From a virus (lineage: Duplodnaviria; Caudoviricetes), in IMG/VR virus record IMGVR_UViG_3300030376_000661, positions 1 to 39,521 of that record: a DNA stretch of 39,521 nt; one strand, written 5' to 3'. Below the pieces are notes generated by a model that was not told the origin of the DNA, did no database searches, and worked only from the letters and a program-made list of their open reading frames with translations. Both the position numbers and the translations under genes were made by a program. Below are positions 34,438 to 39,521 of the stretch, one piece after another; position 1 is the first letter of the stretch; each line of letters opens with the position of its first letter.

Positions 34438-37400
34438 ATGGCTGATTGGCGAAGCAAATTAAAAGATGATGATGAACCTATCATTAGAAAAACAGAATTA
34501 AGAGGACGTAGAACAACAATTGAAGCCGCTAACTATCAATCAATGAAACGTATAGAGCGTCAAAAACTTGCATTAGAAAAACTACAATCAGATGATTTTG
34601 AAAAAGTATTAAGAAGATACTATGAAGGTGGTATCACAGATAAGAACAACGCTGTTACTGGTGGTAAAGATATAAAAGACTTCACTAAAAAAGAATTAAT
34701 AGAAAAATTTTATCAAGACAGAATTTGGAGCGAATACAATACAGGCGGAATTGTTTATGACGTAGGTAATGTCTTAGCTAAAGATAAAAAATACAAACAC
34801 GACTGGGCAGAAATAACACAAGTATACGCAGACTTACCTTATTTTGGTGGACAAACTATAGGTTTTACAAAATGGGCTAAAGACTTTATTCCTGCTCTAA
34901 TTTCAGACCCTCTTAACTTAATCTCATTTGGTACAGCCAGTACCATAGTTAAAACTGCGGCAACAACTCCCCTAAAAGGTGCATTAAAAAAAGAATTTCA
35001 AAAACAAGCGGCTAAAGCGGCGGCTTGGGACGTAGCTAAAAAAGAAGCGGCTTACGGTTTTGCTATTGGTGCAGGTGCAGATATGGCTAGACAGACTGCT
35101 GAAATAGATGCCGAATTAATGACTGATTACAACATAACAAGAACATTACTTGCAGGTGCGGCAGGTGGTGCGGCACAAGGTGTTATTGGTGGAAGCATGG
35201 GTTATTGGACTGGTAAAAGAAAAGCAGGTAAATTTTATGATAAAGGTGAGGGATTTCAAGGTGACTATGATTTAGATTTTGGAGTTGCTACACCTACTAA
35301 ATCAAAAATTAAACAACCAAAAAAAGTAACTATTAAAAAAGACCACACACCTGTAATAGAAAAGAAAGTAAAACAAATAAAAAGAAAAACTCCTATTATT
35401 AATTTAGATAGAATTAGCAGTGATAAGTCTTTAACACCTGCTGTAAAAGAAATAGTTAGAATAGTTAAAAGATTAAAAGACGAAAAGAAAGTTAGAGTAA
35501 ATCAAAGAGTTGGATTATTTGACCAGATAGTAGAAAAAGCTAATATTATGGTTAAAGATAAAAAAGCTAGATTAAAATTACAAACAGAATTAAAGAACTT
35601 AGCAGAAAAAGCTCCTGACTTTGCACCTAAAATATATGCAGGTAGAATTAACATTATTAATAAAAGTCAAGAAATAGTAGAAATTAAAAAGTTAATGAAT
35701 GAAGCTGTAGACATTAATGAAAAACTTGCAGTAGCTAATTCATTAGAAAAAAGTTTAAATGAAAATGCTGTATTAGTACAAAATCATATTAAAACAGTGC
35801 AAGGAGTGTCTGATGCTTTAAACCAACAAAAAATAGTAGTTGGCTTAACAGAAGCAGATAAACTAAGATTTGATGTTGATACAATCATTAGTAAAGATTT
35901 ACCTAGAATACTAGCAGAAACAAAGAAAATGACTCCTGCACAGAAAATAAAAACTATAGAAAATTTAGCTGAATTAACTGGTAATGATGAAGCAATGCGT
36001 AAAGTTATTAGAAAAACAAATAGAAAAACTAAAGATAAAAAAGTTACACTATTTGAAGCATTGAATGAATATACAACAGCTAACTTGTTAGGAGACCCTA
36101 CTACACATGAAGTAAACATTTTATCTACAGCTATTAAATTTCAAGGATTTATTGCAGAAAATTATATAATGGGTTTACAAAGTTTAAGAAGAGGTGACAG
36201 ACAGTTAGCTCTTGACCAAATTAGAATGGCAAATGATTTGTTAATGAGTCAATTTAGATTTTATCAAATTGCTTGGAAGAAAGCACAACTTTCATGGAAA
36301 GCTAATAGAAGTGTAGGTGACACTTTAGAACACAGATTTGACGGTAGACAACAACGAAACATGGAAACATTTTTCAAACAATTACAAGAGTCTGATAGTA
36401 AAATTAAACAAAGTGCGGCATTTATAGGCTCACCTATTGGTAAATTATCTTTCTTAACATTACGTGGATTAGGAGCAGGAGACTCATTTACAAAAAATAT
36501 ATTTAACAGAGCCGCTAGAGTAGCCAATGTAAATCAAAGAATGAGAAAATTTTATCCTGATTTATGGAAACAAAATAAAAAACTTAACAAAGTAAACATA
36601 ATTAAATTACAAGATAAAATTATATCTGCAAAAGAAAACATTAGATTTGAAAAAGCACAAGATAAGATTAATACTAAAAAGTTAGATAAACTAAATAAAT
36701 TACTTTCTGATTTAGAATCACAAAAAGGTAAGCAAACTACGTTTGAAAAGAAATGGTCAGAAATGTATTATCAATACGAAGATGAATTTGGTAACTTTAG
36801 ACCAACATCTCAATTTAATAGTGTTGAAGTTAAATCACTAGATGACTTAACAAAATCAACAGTGTATGACCCTACGTTTGTTTCACAAGTAAACTCATTT
36901 ACACAAAATTTAAGAAGTCCATTACTTGACGCTAATCAATTCTTCCCTGACCAAAAACAAAGCGGAAGTAACTTAGGTCAATTAGTATTAGATTTAGCAA
37001 ACAAGTATCCATTAATGCGTATATTTACAGGATTACATTTTGTTAAAACACCAATGAGTTTATTTAAAACTGCATGGCAAATGACACCTGTTCTTAATAA
37101 ATTAAATTTGGAATTTAGAGGAATGTTAAGTGCGTCTGACCCTATAGTTAGACAAAAAGCAGAAGCTATACAAAATTTAGGAAGAATTGTTTACACTTAT
37201 GCGGCATTGTTAGCTTGGCAAGGTAAGATTACAGGATTTAAAGAAAAAGATAGAAAACATAGATTTGCATATAAATATGAAGATGCAAATGGTGAAACTC
37301 AATATGTTTCATTAAATAGAATGTATCCTTTTTCTGTACCATTTGTAATTGCCGCTTCTATTAGAGATTCAATTGAAGAGATGGGTGATATTTGGAATGA

Positions 37401-38436
37401 TGATGCAAACAGAGCAGTTCAAAATAAAGTAACTGATTTTATGCAACACGTGGCAGGTTCATCATTTGCAATATGGTCTAACGTATTTGCTAGTCAATTA
37501 ATGACACAAGATTTCTTTGAATTTATGGCAATCTTTAGTGAACCAGAAGCAAGTGTAGAAGAAGGTGCTAAAAATATAAGTAAAGTTGATAAACAAATAA
37601 ACAGAACATCAAGTAAATTTGTACCATTAGCAACAACATGGAGATGGACAAATAAAGTATTTGGTGATGCTGAAACAGAGTTAAATACTTTTTCTGACCA
37701 CATAACACAATCACTTCCACATGAATTACTTGATATTATAGATACAAAATACTTAAATAAATCCATGCCTGATATACTGAATGGTGATGCTTTATCTCCA
37801 AGAAGAGACCCATTAAAAAATGTTTATCCAAAACCTCAAGGTATTTTATTAGGTAACGCTCAAGATATACTTCCTGTTACTAAACATTGGAGTTCATCTA
37901 TAACAGACAAAACAGGTAAAAAAATAGTTTTATCTGAAAGAGCTAATGAAATTTTAAACAATAGTAATATACAATGGGAAAGACCATCATTCAGAATTTC
38001 ATTGGGATATGGTGAGTCTTTCAATATGAAAGAGCATACAGTAACAAATATAACTTGGAATAAAGATTTGTTCTATGATGTAGAAAACAATAAACAGCTA
38101 ACATTACCTGTAGGTACATCTTTATATGAAGCTACTAATATTGTGGCTAGTCAAATAATGTTAGGTGGTATGACTCTTAATGAAAGATTTGTTGATGAAT
38201 TAGAAAACCCAGAATCTAGGTATAATACTAGATTTTATAATAATTCAAGATTTGCAGGTAAATATGAGGGAGATAAATATTTATTAGAAATAATAAGAGA
38301 ATATGAGTTAGAAGCAAGAAATTATGTAAAAGAATATGCAGTATTTGAAGTAGATGGTAAGAACACTACTATATCTAAATTTGAAGAAAAATTAGGTAAT
38401 ATGGAGCTTGAAAGGGAGCTCAATCTTTTAAAGTAA
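34438..38436 (+). CDS. Internal virion protein D (gp16-like)
   Basis: 1332 aa, Ala/Gly-rich membrane-like segment near the N-terminus, synteny. Confidence 0.75.
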   Translation: MADWRSKLKDDDEPIIRKTELRGRRTTIEAANYQSMKRIERQKLALEKLQSDDFEKVLRRYYEGGITDKNNAVTGGKDIKDFTKKELIEKFYQDRIWSEYNTGGIVYDVGNVLAKDKKYKHDWAEITQVYADLPYFGGQTIGFTKWAKDFIPALISDPLNLISFGTASTIVKTAATTPLKGALKKEFQKQAAKAAAWDVAKKEAAYGFAIGAGADMARQTAEIDAELMTDYNITRTLLAGAAGGAAQGVIGGSMGYWTGKRKAGKFYDKGEGFQGDYDLDFGVATPTKSKIKQPKKVTIKKDHTPVIEKKVKQIKRKTPIINLDRISSDKSLTPAVKEIVRIVKRLKDEKKVRVNQRVGLFDQIVEKANIMVKDKKARLKLQTELKNLAEKAPDFAPKIYAGRINIINKSQEIVEIKKLMNEAVDINEKLAVANSLEKSLNENAVLVQNHIKTVQGVSDALNQQKIVVGLTEADKLRFDVDTIISKDLPRILAETKKMTPAQKIKTIENLAELTGNDEAMRKVIRKTNRKTKDKKVTLFEALNEYTTANLLGDPTTHEVNILSTAIKFQGFIAENYIMGLQSLRRGDRQLALDQIRMANDLLMSQFRFYQIAWKKAQLSWKANRSVGDTLEHRFDGRQQRNMETFFKQLQESDSKIKQSAAFIGSPIGKLSFLTLRGLGAGDSFTKNIFNRAARVANVNQRMRKFYPDLWKQNKKLNKVNIIKLQDKIISAKENIRFEKAQDKINTKKLDKLNKLLSDLESQKGKQTTFEKKWSEMYYQYEDEFGNFRPTSQFNSVEVKSLDDLTKSTVYDPTFVSQVNSFTQNLRSPLLDANQFFPDQKQSGSNLGQLVLDLANKYPLMRIFTGLHFVKTPMSLFKTAWQMTPVLNKLNLEFRGMLSASDPIVRQKAEAIQNLGRIVYTYAALLAWQGKITGFKEKDRKHRFAYKYEDANGETQYVSLNRMYPFSVPFVIAASIRDSIEEMGDIWNDDANRAVQNKVTDFMQHVAGSSFAIWSNVFASQLMTQDFFEFMAIFSEPEASVEEGAKNISKVDKQINRTSSKFVPLATTWRWTNKVFGDAETELNTFSDHITQSLPHELLDIIDTKYLNKSMPDILNGDALSPRRDPLKNVYPKPQGILLGNAQDILPVTKHWSSSITDKTGKKIVLSERANEILNNSNIQWERPSFRISLGYGESFNMKEHTVTNITWNKDLFYDVENNKQLTLPVGTSLYEATNIVASQIMLGGMTLNERFVDELENPESRYNTRFYNNSRFAGKYEGDKYLLEIIREYELEARNYVKEYAVFEVDGKNTTISKFEEKLGNMELERELNLLK

Positions 38437-38454
38437 TAAAGTACCCCTTTTAGA
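38434..38454 (+). promoter_or_regulatory. Phage RNAP promoter copy 5 (tail fibre; variant)
   Basis: TAATAAAGTACCCCTTTTAGA aligns with the other four copies; analogous to T7 phi17. Confidence 0.65.
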
Positions 38455-38480
38455 TAAAATAATCAAATTTAAGGAATTTA

Positions 38481-39485
38481 ATGGCAAATAGTTTTGTAAG
38501 GTATACTGGTGATAATAACACCACAGCCTATTCTATACCTTTTAGTTATAGAAGTACAGCAGACCTTATTGTAACATTAGCAGGGGTGGCTACTACAGCT
38601 TACGCCTTAAATGCCGCAGGAACTACACTGACATTCAACAGTGCACCTGCTTCAAGTGTGGCTATTGAAATTAGAAGAAAAACGTCACAAGGGACTAAAT
38701 TAGTAGATTATGCTTCTGGTTCTGTACTTACAGAAAATGATTTAGATACAGACTCAGACCAAGCGTTCTTTATGGGTCAAGAAGCTATTGATGATGCTAA
38801 TGACGTTATTAAGATTTCAGCTACAGATTTTCAATGGGACGCACAAAGTAAAAGACTTACTAATGTTGCAGACCCTACTGCCGCACAACATGCGGCTACA
38901 AAGAATTATATAGAAAACACGTGGTTATCAGCTTCAGATAAGACTACTCTTAACAATGTTAATAGCAATATATCAGCAATTAATACTGTTAATAGTAACA
39001 TATCAGCTATTACTACAGCTAACTCAAATTCTACAAACATAAATACTGTAGCAACTAACATTGGTTCAGTTAACACAGTAGCAACTGATATTGCAAAAGT
39101 TATTGCAGTAGCAAATGATTTAGCAGAAGCAGTTTCAGAAATAGAAACAGTTGCAGATGATTTAAATGAAACAAGTTCAGAAATTGATACAGTTGCAGGT
39201 GCAATTACTAATGTAGATTTAGTTGGTGGTTCTATTGCTTCAGTAAACACTGCGGCAACTAACATTGGTGCAATCAATACTGTAAACAGTAACATTACAG
39301 CAATTCAAGGTGCTAGTGGAAATGCCTCAACGGCAACGACAAAAGCGGCAGAGGCGGCTACTTCAGCTACAAATGCGGCAAACTCGGCAACTGCGGCGGC
39401 TAACAGTGCCACTGCGGCGGCAAATAGTGCCTCTTCAGTTAACGTAACAACAGGATTAGTGATTGCAATGTCAATCGCATTATAA
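38481..39485 (+). CDS. Tail fibre protein with T7 gp17 N-terminal adaptor domain
   Basis: [35 protein letters not shown], then INTVxxNI repeats and an Ala/Thr/Ser-rich stalk. Confidence 0.9.
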   Translation: MANSFVRYTGDNNTTAYSIPFSYRSTADLIVTLAGVATTAYALNAAGTTLTFNSAPASSVAIEIRRKTSQGTKLVDYASGSVLTENDLDTDSDQAFFMGQEAIDDANDVIKISATDFQWDAQSKRLTNVADPTAAQHAATKNYIENTWLSASDKTTLNNVNSNISAINTVNSNISAITTANSNSTNINTVATNIGSVNTVATDIAKVIAVANDLAEAVSEIETVADDLNETSSEIDTVAGAITNVDLVGGSIASVNTAATNIGAINTVNSNITAIQGASGNASTATTKAAEAATSATNAANSATAAANSATAAANSASSVNVTTGLVIAMSIAL

Positions 39486-39499
39486 ACAAAGGAAAATAA

Positions 39500-39521
39500 A
39501 TGGCTCAAAACTTTAGAAGAA
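39500..39521 (+). CDS. Start of the next tail-module gene (truncated)
   Basis: AAGGA SD then MAQNFRR at the window edge. Confidence 0.55.

Noticed and set aside
2356-39508. All minus-strand ORFs in the track (e.g. 3011-3664, 7355-7546, 38906-39295)
   Set aside because: Antisense shadows of + strand genes or RNAs with no SD or recognisable motifs; T7-like genomes are transcribed from one strand.

Overview
Near-complete, circularly permuted genome of an AT-rich T7-like podovirus (Autographiviridae). Gene content (tyrosine integrase directly upstream of the single-subunit RNA polymerase, class I RNR, SpeD homolog, short Pol A, tail-fibre style) resembles integrase-bearing SAR11/pelagiphage-type podoviruses; the host is inferred, not shown. 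All credible genes are on the + strand. Order: tail-fibre/lysis/packaging end (1-6746), non-coding genome-end region (~6750-7350), early region of tiny ORFs (7350-10156), integrase, RNAP, replication/nucleotide module (13508-23950), structural module (23976-39521). The most striking feature is in the early region: three intact hammerhead ribozymes (one type III at 7551-7608, two type II at 8387-8445 and 8887-8945, with covarying stems) punctuate the early transcript. The two type II copies have cleavage sites exactly 500 nt apart around one 128-aa ORF, so the excised RNA can re-form a complete hammerhead across its own ends (candidate self-circularising phage mRNA). Two unassigned structured ncRNAs abut the ribozymes. 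Also noted: a 5-copy phage-RNAP promoter, one copy directly in front of the RNAP gene; a T7-lysozyme homolog with substituted catalytic residues plus a separate pesticin-like muramidase; a repeated GAGCTGAGCTT(A/T)G element; and strand-biased GAGTC enrichment.
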